Source: Maridesulfovibrio sp.
GTDB taxonomy: Bacteria > Desulfobacterota > Desulfovibrionia > Desulfovibrionales > Desulfovibrionaceae
Direction of reading: 5' to 3'
Assembly (NCBI RefSeq): GCF_963677005.1
Contig: NZ_OY781616.1
Span: 2,040,766-2,104,765 of the forward strand
DNA length: 64,000 nucleotides
In this document: piece after piece, positions 56,412 through 64,000 of the stretch
Layout: each line of letters starts with the position of its first letter
Position numbering within the stretch: the stretch's first letter is position 1
The notes under the pieces: model-generated
Databases searched by the model: none
The model's input: only the letters and a program-made list of their open reading frames with translations
What the model was told of the DNA's origin: nothing
Translations under genes and position numbers: made by a program

Positions 56412-58715
56412 TCAAGTTGCCGGCAGCAGGTCCACCCGCAGGGCACGCAGACCGTGTACCCCCTGCAGGTCTTCAAGGATAAGATGCTCCACTTCGCCGC
56501 TGACATACCCTTTATCCGCCAGATATTCGAAATAGCTGAGATATTCACGCCATTCACGGTCCTGCGTGTAAATTACCGCCAGCTTGCCGGGTTGGGTCAG
56601 CCTTTCGCCCGTACCTAGAATAGTCGATTTGTCTATACGCTTTTTGATGATCTCGTAACGGATGTTATAAGTACCTTCCACCTCGAATCTTTTCTCATCC
56701 ACGCGAAACTGGATTGTCAGGGGAGCGGAATGCACCAGAATGAGCGGTGCGCAGGAAAGAGGAATCTTCATTTGATCCAGCATGGATTCGGTAAGACGGG
56801 ACATTTCGCACATCTTGGTCAGTTGCCAGATCCGCAGATTTTTCAGTTGGACATCCTCGAAATGGAATTTTTCCGTCATGGCCCGCCCGATGTAGATATT
56901 ATACTCCACTCCGTCTGTGCGGTATTTTTCAAAATAATGGGGAAAGATGTCCTGAGCCTTCCTTTCCGCATCTTCAAGGAATTCGGAAAGGACCGTGTTG
57001 AGCATGGACACGGATTCCTCATAATCCCTGCGCTGGCGGTATATGATTCCCATGCCGGGACTCATCATTTCAAAATATTCATCAATCCTTGCCGAATGAG
57101 CTTCGGAGTTATCCCTGAGGTAACGGAAAAAGGGTTCCACGCGCTGTTGCAGAAATTCAATAACGGAAATTTCATCACCGGAATCAAGGCCTGACGCAAC
57201 CTTATCCCTGAAGCGGCCAAGAGTGGAAATAAAATAATCGGCTATGGGGATACTTCTGTTTTTATAGATGTCTTCCAGTGTTTCCGATGCCAGTTCCAAC
57301 TGCTCCAGCAGATCGTTCTGGATGGCCAGATTGCGCTGTTCCGAAGAGCTTCGGATGTCCATGCTCCCGTAAAGCGGATAGATGTCCTTGAAAACAATAT
57401 TTTCAAAATCAGCGCTGCCGTCTTTTTCCAGTCTGTTGAGGTAGCGGAAGGCCGCCTCTTCGAACCGCCAGGCGACACTTGGATGAATGGCTGTGCAAAA
57501 CTCCTTTATAACGCTGTCCACCCTTGATTCCAGGTAGTTCATTTCCCGGCGCACAGCCACGCTAAGGCCCGGCAGAAGTTCCGATATTTTGCGGACACCA
57601 CTGCTGCTGATCATCTCCGAAGAACCGGAAGCCAGTTCCAGAACAGCAATTACTTCACCATTTTCCTTGAGCGGGATCAGGCCGATGCTTCGAATCCCCG
57701 AATCGTGAAGAAACGTTCCGACTCCCTCATCACCGCATTCCAGAACTTCCGGCACAAAATACGCTTCGCCTGTATCAAGAAGCTGGCCGTAAACGAAATC
57801 CAGCAGTTCCGAAACATCGCCAGGATACTCTCTGAACACGCTGCGCAGAGTGCAGTCCGTATTTCCTTCAACCACTCTGTAACGGAAAAAGAAGCCCGCA
57901 CGCAGGTCCTCAACCCGGAGGATGGAACCCAGCCTGTGGGCAACGGACTCCACTGCCTGCGGATTGCGCAGAGCCCCGCTGTTCATCAGGTCCGACTTCA
58001 GCCGGGAAATATTCTCCTTTTCGGTAACTTCCACATACCGGACCGTGATGATTCCCCTGAAGACAAGGCCGTCCAGGGGCATCAGCTTTTCAAGAGTCTT
58101 GCGGTCCCTCATTATCAAAAGGCGCGAGAACTGTTCGCGGGGCAGTATTTCAAGTCCGGCTGCGTCCACTTCCACAAAACGAAAAGAATATTCTGTCAGG
58201 AAATACCGGTCGATTGAGCTTCCGGGGTCGACCATTTTCATGACCGCTTCCATCATCTCGTGGTCCAGATCATAATAGATATCGAAAAGCATGGTGTATG
58301 CGAAAAGCAGGTTCTCCCCGGCGAGATCGGTCAGAATCTGCATTTCCAGACTCTCGCTGAGAACCAGTTCTCCCCCGCGGTCCTCGAAGAGCTCCCTGTA
58401 TCTGGCCGAACTGAAAAAATGTTTCCGTGTAAACGGACGCATGGCCCGGCACAGGACATTGCCGTCGTCCAGTTCAGGAAAAACAAACCCCATCAGAAAG
58501 CGTATTTCATCGGCAAATATGCCGGGATCGTCTTCGGAAAATGAATCAAGAAGGCCGCCGGGCTTTTCCATGGATTCCAGAATCCGGCCCACTTCCCGAC
58601 CATAATAATTTTCCGATCGTTCGTAGATATCTCTGGCCTTGCGGTATAGCGGCGCAAAGCTGAGTTCAGTACCGAAAGGCAAATTCTCATAAACCCGGTC
58701 CACAGAATCACGCAT
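56412..58715 (-). CDS. Large cytoplasmic protein of unknown function with at least one GAF-like domain
   Basis: 767-aa ORF with no TM segments. The GAF-like segment is SIGLIPLKENGEVIAVLELASGS. The rest is helical with no catalytic motif that I recognise. Confidence 0.6.
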   Translation of the reverse strand: MRDSVDRVYENLPFGTELSFAPLYRKARDIYERSENYYGREVGRILESMEKPGGLLDSFSEDDPGIFADEIRFLMGFVFPELDDGNVLCRAMRPFTRKHFFSSARYRELFEDRGGELVLSESLEMQILTDLAGENLLFAYTMLFDIYYDLDHEMMEAVMKMVDPGSSIDRYFLTEYSFRFVEVDAAGLEILPREQFSRLLIMRDRKTLEKLMPLDGLVFRGIITVRYVEVTEKENISRLKSDLMNSGALRNPQAVESVAHRLGSILRVEDLRAGFFFRYRVVEGNTDCTLRSVFREYPGDVSELLDFVYGQLLDTGEAYFVPEVLECGDEGVGTFLHDSGIRSIGLIPLKENGEVIAVLELASGSSEMISSSGVRKISELLPGLSVAVRREMNYLESRVDSVIKEFCTAIHPSVAWRFEEAAFRYLNRLEKDGSADFENIVFKDIYPLYGSMDIRSSSEQRNLAIQNDLLEQLELASETLEDIYKNRSIPIADYFISTLGRFRDKVASGLDSGDEISVIEFLQQRVEPFFRYLRDNSEAHSARIDEYFEMMSPGMGIIYRQRRDYEESVSMLNTVLSEFLEDAERKAQDIFPHYFEKYRTDGVEYNIYIGRAMTEKFHFEDVQLKNLRIWQLTKMCEMSRLTESMLDQMKIPLSCAPLILVHSAPLTIQFRVDEKRFEVEGTYNIRYEIIKKRIDKSTILGTGERLTQPGKLAVIYTQDREWREYLSYFEYLADKGYVSGEVEHLILEDLQGVHGLRALRVDLLPAT

Positions 58716-58854
58716 GTTTCGACTCCACCTTTGAGATTATCTCTAATATGATTATTACGCGAATCCGTGCATGTCCAGCATAACGGACGAAACAGGCCAC
58801 ATTGCAAATTCAGTTCGGCGTGTATATATTTATGACAAAATCCGTGGAGGAACG

Positions 58855-60171
58855 ATGGTAAGAAACAGGATAATTTCCCGCAGGACAGCGCTGAAACTCA
58901 CTGCAGGGGGAACCCTCGGGCTGCTGGCAGGCTGCGCAATAAATCCCGTCACCGGACAACAGCAACTGATGCTGATATCCCCGCAGCAGGAAATTGATAT
59001 GGACCACCAGAATTCCCCGCATCAATTTTCAGCCGACTACGGTGCGGTGCAGAACAAAACGGTCAACAGCTACATCAGTGAAGTGGGTTCTTCACTGGCC
59101 GCGACCAGCCACCGCCCGGACATGCCCTACACTTTCCGCTGCGTAAACGCGGTTTACGTCAACGCCTACGCCTTCCCGGGCGGAAGCATCGCCTGCACCA
59201 GAGGAATTCTGCTCACTCTGGACAATGAAGCCGAACTGGCTGCCCTGCTCGGCCACGAAATAGGCCACGTATGCGCCCGGCATACAGCGTCCCGAATGAG
59301 TTCATCCATGGCGATACAGGGGGTAATAGCTATCGGGACAGGGGTGGTGGCCACCCAGAACAGGGACCTGATTCCGCTGGCCGCTGGCCTCGGAGGGATA
59401 GGTGCCGGCCTGCTGCTGGCCAGCTATTCTCGTTCCGATGAACGGCAGGCGGACAGTCTGGGAATGGAATATATGGATAACGCAGGCTACGACCCGGAAG
59501 GAATGGTCGGGCTGATGGAGGAATTGAACAGACTGAACGAAAGCCAGCCGTCTTTTGTACAGCAGATGTTCGCATCCCATCCCATGAGTTCCGAACGTCT
59601 GGCAACCGCCATTGAAAAACGCGATACAACCTATTCCGACAGACGTGGAAAACTCCTTCATGAGCGCTACATGGACAACATCGCCCCGGTATTGAAAATC
59701 AAACCGGCCATAGAGGAAATGCAGAAAGGAGAAGCGCAGATGCGCCGGAAGGCATTCACCGAAGCGGAAAAACATTTTTCCCGGGCTCTGAGCATTGCCC
59801 CCGGAGATTACGCAGGACTGCTGCTCATGTCCAAGTGCATGATGGCAATGGGCAAGAATAATGAAGGGCTGGCCTATGCCCGCAAAGCGGAAGAAAAGAA
59901 TCCCGAAGAAGCGCAGGCACTGCATATGCTGGGCATGCTTAACCTCAAGACAGGACGGGTTGAACAGGCCCTGAACAACTTCACCGCCTATGAAAAAGTC
60001 CTGCCCGGAAACCCCATGACCAATTTCTATACGGGTTTCTCATACGAAGCCATCGGCAACAAAGCCATGGCAGCCCAACAATACAGCCTGTTCCTGAGGG
60101 CTTCCGGTCAGGGAGATTATGCAAAACATGCCTACAGCAGACTGCTCTCATGGGGATATGTGCGCCAGTAA
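58855..60171 (+). CDS. M48-family Zn metalloprotease with C-terminal TPR repeats (BepA/YfgC-like), lipoprotein or Tat-type signal
   Basis: The ATG at 58855 is preceded by GGAGG. The signal segment is RRTALKLTAGGTLGLLAGC. The zinc motif is HEIGHV, with the downstream segment ERQAD. TPR-like repeats lie at the C-terminus. Confidence 0.85.
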   Translation: MVRNRIISRRTALKLTAGGTLGLLAGCAINPVTGQQQLMLISPQQEIDMDHQNSPHQFSADYGAVQNKTVNSYISEVGSSLAATSHRPDMPYTFRCVNAVYVNAYAFPGGSIACTRGILLTLDNEAELAALLGHEIGHVCARHTASRMSSSMAIQGVIAIGTGVVATQNRDLIPLAAGLGGIGAGLLLASYSRSDERQADSLGMEYMDNAGYDPEGMVGLMEELNRLNESQPSFVQQMFASHPMSSERLATAIEKRDTTYSDRRGKLLHERYMDNIAPVLKIKPAIEEMQKGEAQMRRKAFTEAEKHFSRALSIAPGDYAGLLLMSKCMMAMGKNNEGLAYARKAEEKNPEEAQALHMLGMLNLKTGRVEQALNNFTAYEKVLPGNPMTNFYTGFSYEAIGNKAMAAQQYSLFLRASGQGDYAKHAYSRLLSWGYVRQ

Positions 60172-60260
60172 CGGCCACCGGCCTCAGAAACCGTCTTTTC
60201 TAATGGATATGCTTTCCATTTTTAAGTATTATCGGGAAAAAATTAATTCGGAGCAAAACA

Positions 60261-60923
60261 ATGAAACAAAACTCTTCCATACTGACTCTTAGCGTATTTT
60301 TTTTCGCAGCGTACCTGCTGTTACCGCTTGCTGCGGCACAGGCATTCAGCCTGAGTGATCTTTCCTCTACTGCTGAAAGTGCGCAAAGCGCTGCGGAAGG
60401 AACAAGCCTGCTCAGCAGGGCCAAAGACGTCTACAGCGGATTTTCCGACTGCACTGAAAATCTGGTAAGCGCCCAGACCGCGACCATGAGCCTGGTCAAC
60501 CCGGATTCGACTTCCGGACTCACCTCCAAACTCGGATCAATCGAATCGGAATCAGGAATCACCAAACTCATCAAGATGGTTGCCTTTTCCGAAAGCATGG
60601 ACTCGACAACAACCAGTTCCTCGCTGTCCGACAAGCTGACCGGCATCCTCACCAATCCGGAAAGTTTAACCAAAGCAAAGGAAGCATACACACATGCGTC
60701 TTCCGCCTATACTTCCGGAAACAGTTCCGTGAGTGAGGCCAAGACCCTGTACACAGAAATCAAGGAATTCATATCCTCCCCCTCGTCCAAGGGGCTCAGC
60801 GAATCACTGCTTTCCGGCCTTAGCGATTATTCGGACAAAATTCTGCCTTTCATAATCGAAAACGGTCCGGCACGGGTAAAAACCGCTGCAAGCATCGCAG
60901 ACACCCTGAAAGGCTTCTTCTAG
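60261..60923 (+). CDS. Secreted Ser/Thr-rich hypothetical protein
   Basis: The signal peptide is LTLSVFFFAAYLLLPLAAAQA. The mature part is low-complexity and S/T/E/K-rich. A strong terminator follows. Confidence 0.5.
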   Translation: MKQNSSILTLSVFFFAAYLLLPLAAAQAFSLSDLSSTAESAQSAAEGTSLLSRAKDVYSGFSDCTENLVSAQTATMSLVNPDSTSGLTSKLGSIESESGITKLIKMVAFSESMDSTTTSSSLSDKLTGILTNPESLTKAKEAYTHASSAYTSGNSSVSEAKTLYTEIKEFISSPSSKGLSESLLSGLSDYSDKILPFIIENGPARVKTAASIADTLKGFF

Positions 60924-60943
60924 ACCGCCCCCTTTTAACGGCA

Positions 60944-60983
60944 CAATCCCCCCGGCCCTAAAGCTGGGGGGATTGTTTTTTTT
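60944..60983 (+). terminator. Rho-independent terminator
   Basis: A perfect 10-bp stem, CAATCCCCCC (60944-60953) pairing with GGGGGGATTG (60966-60975), is followed by a T8 run. The T-run merges into repeat copy C. Confidence 0.75.
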
Positions 60984-61055
60984 GATGCGCTTCGCGCTTT
61001 TGATAATTTAATTTCGCCTCTGGCAGCCAAAGGGTCCGCGACCCTTTGGAACCCC
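60976..61055. repeat. Intergenic repeat, copy C (short form, no insert)
   Basis: The core at 60982-61018 has 1 mismatch in 37 against copy A. It is followed by CTGGCAG and the tight hairpin CCAAAGGG-TCCGCGA-CCCTTTGG. Confidence 0.8.
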
Positions 61056-61145
61056 TATTAGATTAGGGAAGTTGCTTTGAAAACCGTTAATCTAAACTCA
61101 AGCCTTGCGGAGCTAAGGCAATAACTATGTTTTTCCAAGTCCGCA

Positions 61146-62036
61146 TCAGCTGAAATATCCGTCATCTTTCAGGCTTCCTATCAGCCTTTCACAAAGGTCC
61201 GCCTGATTCAGGGTGTAGATATGCACGCCGGGCGCGCCCTTATCCAACAGGTCGGCTATCTGCCTGCGGGCAAAATCGAATCCGAACTCCATGACTGCCT
61301 CGTCACCGCCCTGCCCAAACGCCTTTTCCACCCCGCAATACAGATCACCGGGAATGGCCGCCCCGCACAGGGACATAATCCGGCGCAGAGAGGCAAGCGA
61401 CCGGATGGGCAGAACTCCGGGGATGACCGGGGCATGCGCCCCCAGCCCGGACAGCCTGTCCGCATAATCGAAATAACGGCGGTTATCGAAAAAAAGCTGG
61501 GTCACGGTAAAATCAGCACCTTTGGCAAGCTTGCCGCAATGCCAGTTCAAATCCTGCTCCACAGATGGAGATTCCGGGTGTGCGCCGGGATAACCGGCCA
61601 CGCCGAGTCCGATGGACGGAAATTTTTCATTCACATACTCAACAAGGTCGCAGGCGTGAGAAAAACGGCTGCTCGCGTCTTCCTCCGCCCTTCCGTCTCC
61701 TCCTAGCGCCAGAATATCGCTTACACCGCACTCCCCCAACCGGTCGATAAACCGGTCTATGGATTTTTCACCCGCCCCGACACAAGTAAGATGGGCCAGA
61801 ATATCTATTCCCATTTCCCCCTTGAGAATACCGCAGATTTCAAGAGAGTTGTCGTGGGACGATCCTCCGGCTCCGTACGTAACGGAAACGAACAGAGGAC
61901 CAAGATCGGCCAGACGACCGGCTTTTTCCATAAATGCAGGCCATGTTTCCTTGTCCTTGGGGGGAAAAAACTCGAACGAGAAAAAACGGTCGGTCTCCTG
62001 AATATTCCTTACCACTTGCATTGTCTGGTTCTCCAT
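61146..62036 (-). CDS. metF: Methylenetetrahydrofolate reductase
   Basis: The start is at 62036 (MENQTMQVV...). The ORF has FSFEFFPPK, SVTYGAGGS and the rest of the MetF TIM-barrel pattern. The ORF-track extension to 62294 would run through the repeat and into metE. Confidence 0.85.
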   Translation of the reverse strand: MENQTMQVVRNIQETDRFFSFEFFPPKDKETWPAFMEKAGRLADLGPLFVSVTYGAGGSSHDNSLEICGILKGEMGIDILAHLTCVGAGEKSIDRFIDRLGECGVSDILALGGDGRAEEDASSRFSHACDLVEYVNEKFPSIGLGVAGYPGAHPESPSVEQDLNWHCGKLAKGADFTVTQLFFDNRRYFDYADRLSGLGAHAPVIPGVLPIRSLASLRRIMSLCGAAIPGDLYCGVEKAFGQGGDEAVMEFGFDFARRQIADLLDKGAPGVHIYTLNQADLCERLIGSLKDDGYFS

Positions 62037-62054
62037 TATGTTTTGTCTCCCCTG

Positions 62055-62082
62055 ACCGAAGACCGCATAGAAGCGGCCTTCG
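62055..62082 (-). other. Stable stem-loop in the metE-metF spacer
   Basis: The minus-strand RNA forms CCGAAGGCCGC-UUCUAU-GCGGUCUUCGG, an 11-bp stem with one G-U pair. No U-run follows. It lies just upstream of the metF RBS. Confidence 0.4.
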
Positions 62083-62102
62083 GAAAGAAGATAGGGACTG
62101 GG

Positions 62103-62147
62103 TTTGATGTGCTTCGCGCTTTTGATAATCTTATTTCGCCGTCTGAG
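62103..62147. repeat. Intergenic repeat, copy D (core only)
   Basis: The core at 62104-62140 is TTGATGTGCTTCGCGCTTTTGATAATCTTATTTCGCC, with 3 mismatches in 37 against copy A. The hairpin module is absent. Confidence 0.75.
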
Positions 62148-62151
62148 GCAT

Positions 62152-64000
62152 TCAGATTTTCTCCCGGACATTGCGGGCTGCGCGGACCATGTTTTCAAGC
62201 GCTGGTTCCACTTCTTCCCAGCGTCGGGTCTTGAGGCCGCAATCCGGGTTGACCCACAAACGCTCTGCGGGGATGACTTCAAGGGCTTTTTCAAGCAGCT
62301 CTTCTATCCCTTCAACTGAAGGGACCGCCGGACTGTGGATATCATAGACGCCGGGACCGACCTCGTTGGGATAGTTGAATTCCCGGAAGCTGCCGAGCAG
62401 CTCCATGCGGCTGCGGCTGGCCTCTATGCTGATCACATCGGCATCAAGCCCGGCAATTGCCGCCATGATGTCGCCGAATTCGCAATAGCACATATGGGTA
62501 TGAATCTGGGTCCGGTCTGCAACGCCGGATGATGCCAGCCGGAAGGATTCCCCGGCCCAGCGGAGATATTCATCCTGTTCCGACCGGCGCAGGGGAAGTC
62601 CCTCGCGCAGGGCTGGTTCATCAATCTGAATGATCGAAACACCGCCCTTTTCAAGGTCGGAAACTTCATCACGCACGGCCAGAGCTATCTGCCTGCATAC
62701 CTCGCTGCGATGGCAGTCATCCCGCACAAAACTCCAGCAGAGGATCGTGACCGGTCCGGTCAGCATGCCTTTGACCTCACGATCGGAAACGGAACGGGCG
62801 TAATTTATCCAGTCCACGGTAACCGGCTGCGGCCTTGAGACATCTCCGTAAATCACCGGCGGTTTAACGCATCTGGAGCCGTAGCTCTGCACCCACCCGT
62901 TGGAAGTGAAGCAGAACCCTTCGAAATGCTCACCGAAATATTCAACCATGTCGTTGCGCTCCGGCTCTCCGTGAACCAGCACGTCCAGACCGGCCTCTTC
63001 CTGACGGTGCACGCAGTCTTCAATATAAGCACGCATGAAACGCACATATTCATCCCGGTCGATCTCACCGGTCTTGAATTTTCTTCTGGTCGCACGGACT
63101 TCGGGAGTCTGGGGAAAGGAACCGATCGTTGTCGTGGGCAGCAATGGCAGCCCAAGGGCCTTGCGCTGCACTCCGGAACGGACGGCATAAGTAGATTGAC
63201 GCTTGAAGGCCTCGGCACCTAGAGATTTCAGCCGGGCGGAAACATCGGGATTATTCACCCGGACACTTTTGCGGCGACCGTCCAGTATACGGCGGTTCTC
63301 GGTCAGAATATCATCAACATCGCCTCCCGTTGCCGCCGCAGCAATGCAGCCGACTTCAACGCATTTCTGCCGGGCGAAAGAAAGCCAGGACTTAATTTCA
63401 TCATCAAGCCCGGTTTCAAGCTCAAGATCAAAAGGAACATGCAGCAGCGAGCAGGATGGACCGACCATGACCCGTTCCGAGCCAAGCTTTTTCGCCGCCT
63501 TTTTGACAAGCTCCACCGCCCTGTCGAGATCGGCACGCCAGATGTTGCGCCCGTCTACCACCCCAAGCGAAAGCGAAAGTCCCGGCCGCAAGGATTCAAG
63601 AAGCGGGGCCAGATCCTGTCCGCCGCGGACAAGGTCCACATGCAGGGCATCCACGGGAAGACCGGCTGCGGTTTCCAGGTTATCCCCCAATCCTCCGAAA
63701 TAAACTGCCACCATAACTTTAAGCTTCAGCGCAGCTTCCCTGAAGGTCCGATAGACCGGCCCGAACAGCCCGCGCACTTCCGGGTCAAGGTCAAGGGCCA
63801 GCACGGGTTCATCCAGCTGCACCCATTCGCATACGGTCGATATCTTTTCCAGCAGTTCACAATAGGCGGGGATGAGGTTCTCCAGCAGCGACAGCCTGTC
63901 GAACGGACGATCCGCGCATTTGCCGAGTAGCAGGAAAGTGAAAGGTCCCGGCAGAACGGCCTTGACCTTGTGGCCTGCCGCAACAGCTTCCGCGGCCTGC
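62152..64000 (-). CDS. metE: Cobalamin-independent methionine synthase (5' end lies beyond the window)
   Basis: The C-terminal catalytic motifs are HTHMCYCEFGDIM and IQIDEPALREGLPLR. I checked by hand that the frame stays open from 63823 to 64000 (...GPFTFLLLGK...CEWVQLDEP), so the GTG start in the ORF track is internal. Confidence 0.9.
   Translation of the reverse strand, partial: QAAEAVAAGHKVKAVLPGPFTFLLLGKCADRPFDRLSLLENLIPAYCELLEKISTVCEWVQLDEPVLALDLDPEVRGLFGPVYRTFREAALKLKVMVAVYFGGLGDNLETAAGLPVDALHVDLVRGGQDLAPLLESLRPGLSLSLGVVDGRNIWRADLDRAVELVKKAAKKLGSERVMVGPSCSLLHVPFDLELETGLDDEIKSWLSFARQKCVEVGCIAAAATGGDVDDILTENRRILDGRRKSVRVNNPDVSARLKSLGAEAFKRQSTYAVRSGVQRKALGLPLLPTTTIGSFPQTPEVRATRRKFKTGEIDRDEYVRFMRAYIEDCVHRQEEAGLDVLVHGEPERNDMVEYFGEHFEGFCFTSNGWVQSYGSRCVKPPVIYGDVSRPQPVTVDWINYARSVSDREVKGMLTGPVTILCWSFVRDDCHRSEVCRQIALAVRDEVSDLEKGGVSIIQIDEPALREGLPLRRSEQDEYLRWAGESFRLASSGVADRTQIHTHMCYCEFGDIMAAIAGLDADVISIEASRSRMELLGSFREFNYPNEVGPGVYDIHSPAVPSVEGIEELLEKALEVIPAERLWVNPDCGLKTRRWEEVEPALENMVRAARNVREKI

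Noticed and set aside
62037-62294. N-terminal 86-codon extension of metF in the ORF track (start at 62294)
   Set aside because: The extension would overlap the metE 3' end and read through the intergenic repeat and hairpin. Its sequence is basic junk. The MetF homology (FSFEFFPPK) begins right after the ATG at 62036.
1-64000. Search for CRISPR arrays, tRNA or rRNA genes, transposases, integrases, and toxin-antitoxin or known defence-system genes
   Set aside because: I saw no regularly spaced direct repeats, no tRNA T-arm or acceptor signatures in the intergenic regions, and no ORF with transposase, integrase, nuclease or defence motifs. The only repeats are the dispersed 37-nt-core elements reported above.

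Overview
This is a 64-kb chromosomal segment of roughly 50% GC. Its gene content points to a Desulfovibrio-like, probably marine, sulfate reducer: a cytochrome-c-linked rnf operon, a DcrH-type hemerythrin chemoreceptor, many PAS/GAF sensor kinases, and periplasmic thiol peroxidases. This taxonomic call is an inference.

I can support about 47 protein genes:
- Chaperones: clpB, cbpA and cbpM.
- Pyrimidine salvage: upp and uraA.
- An amidohydrolase and membrane-transporter operon with its own regulator.
- Repair and oxidative-stress genes: msrAB, a class II photolyase with a DUF523-DUF1722 partner, ogt, and a periplasmic Prx/Trx-like pair.
- Signalling proteins: four large sensor kinases, two c-di-GMP enzymes and one chemoreceptor.
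- fetAB.
- A complete cytochrome c-rnfCDGEAB-apbE cluster.
- metF and metE.

I saw no rRNA, tRNA, CRISPR array, transposase, integrase or phage genes.

The observations most worth following up are:
1. The rnf cluster looks rewired.
   - RnfC lacks the glycine-rich FMN/NADH motifs.
   - RnfD has Ala where the flavinylated Thr is expected.
   - RnfE carries a Cys-rich tail.
   - RnfB is fused to a roughly 500-aa GltD/NfnB-like flavoprotein whose second nucleotide fingerprint is broken.
   - The cluster sits behind an 826-bp leader containing a sigma54-like -24/-12 element and palindromes.
2. A 37-nt-core intergenic repeat family has 4 clear copies and 1 diverged copy. Two copies carry a roughly 60-nt nested insert that keeps a 19-codon ORF open.
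3. A conserved 35-bp operator-like inverted repeat lies in front of both a 427-aa regulator gene and the adjacent transporter/amidohydrolase operon.
4. An orphan intrinsic terminator closes a roughly 200-nt structured non-coding stretch, which is a candidate sRNA.

All functional calls come from motif-level reading of the translations. No database search was run.
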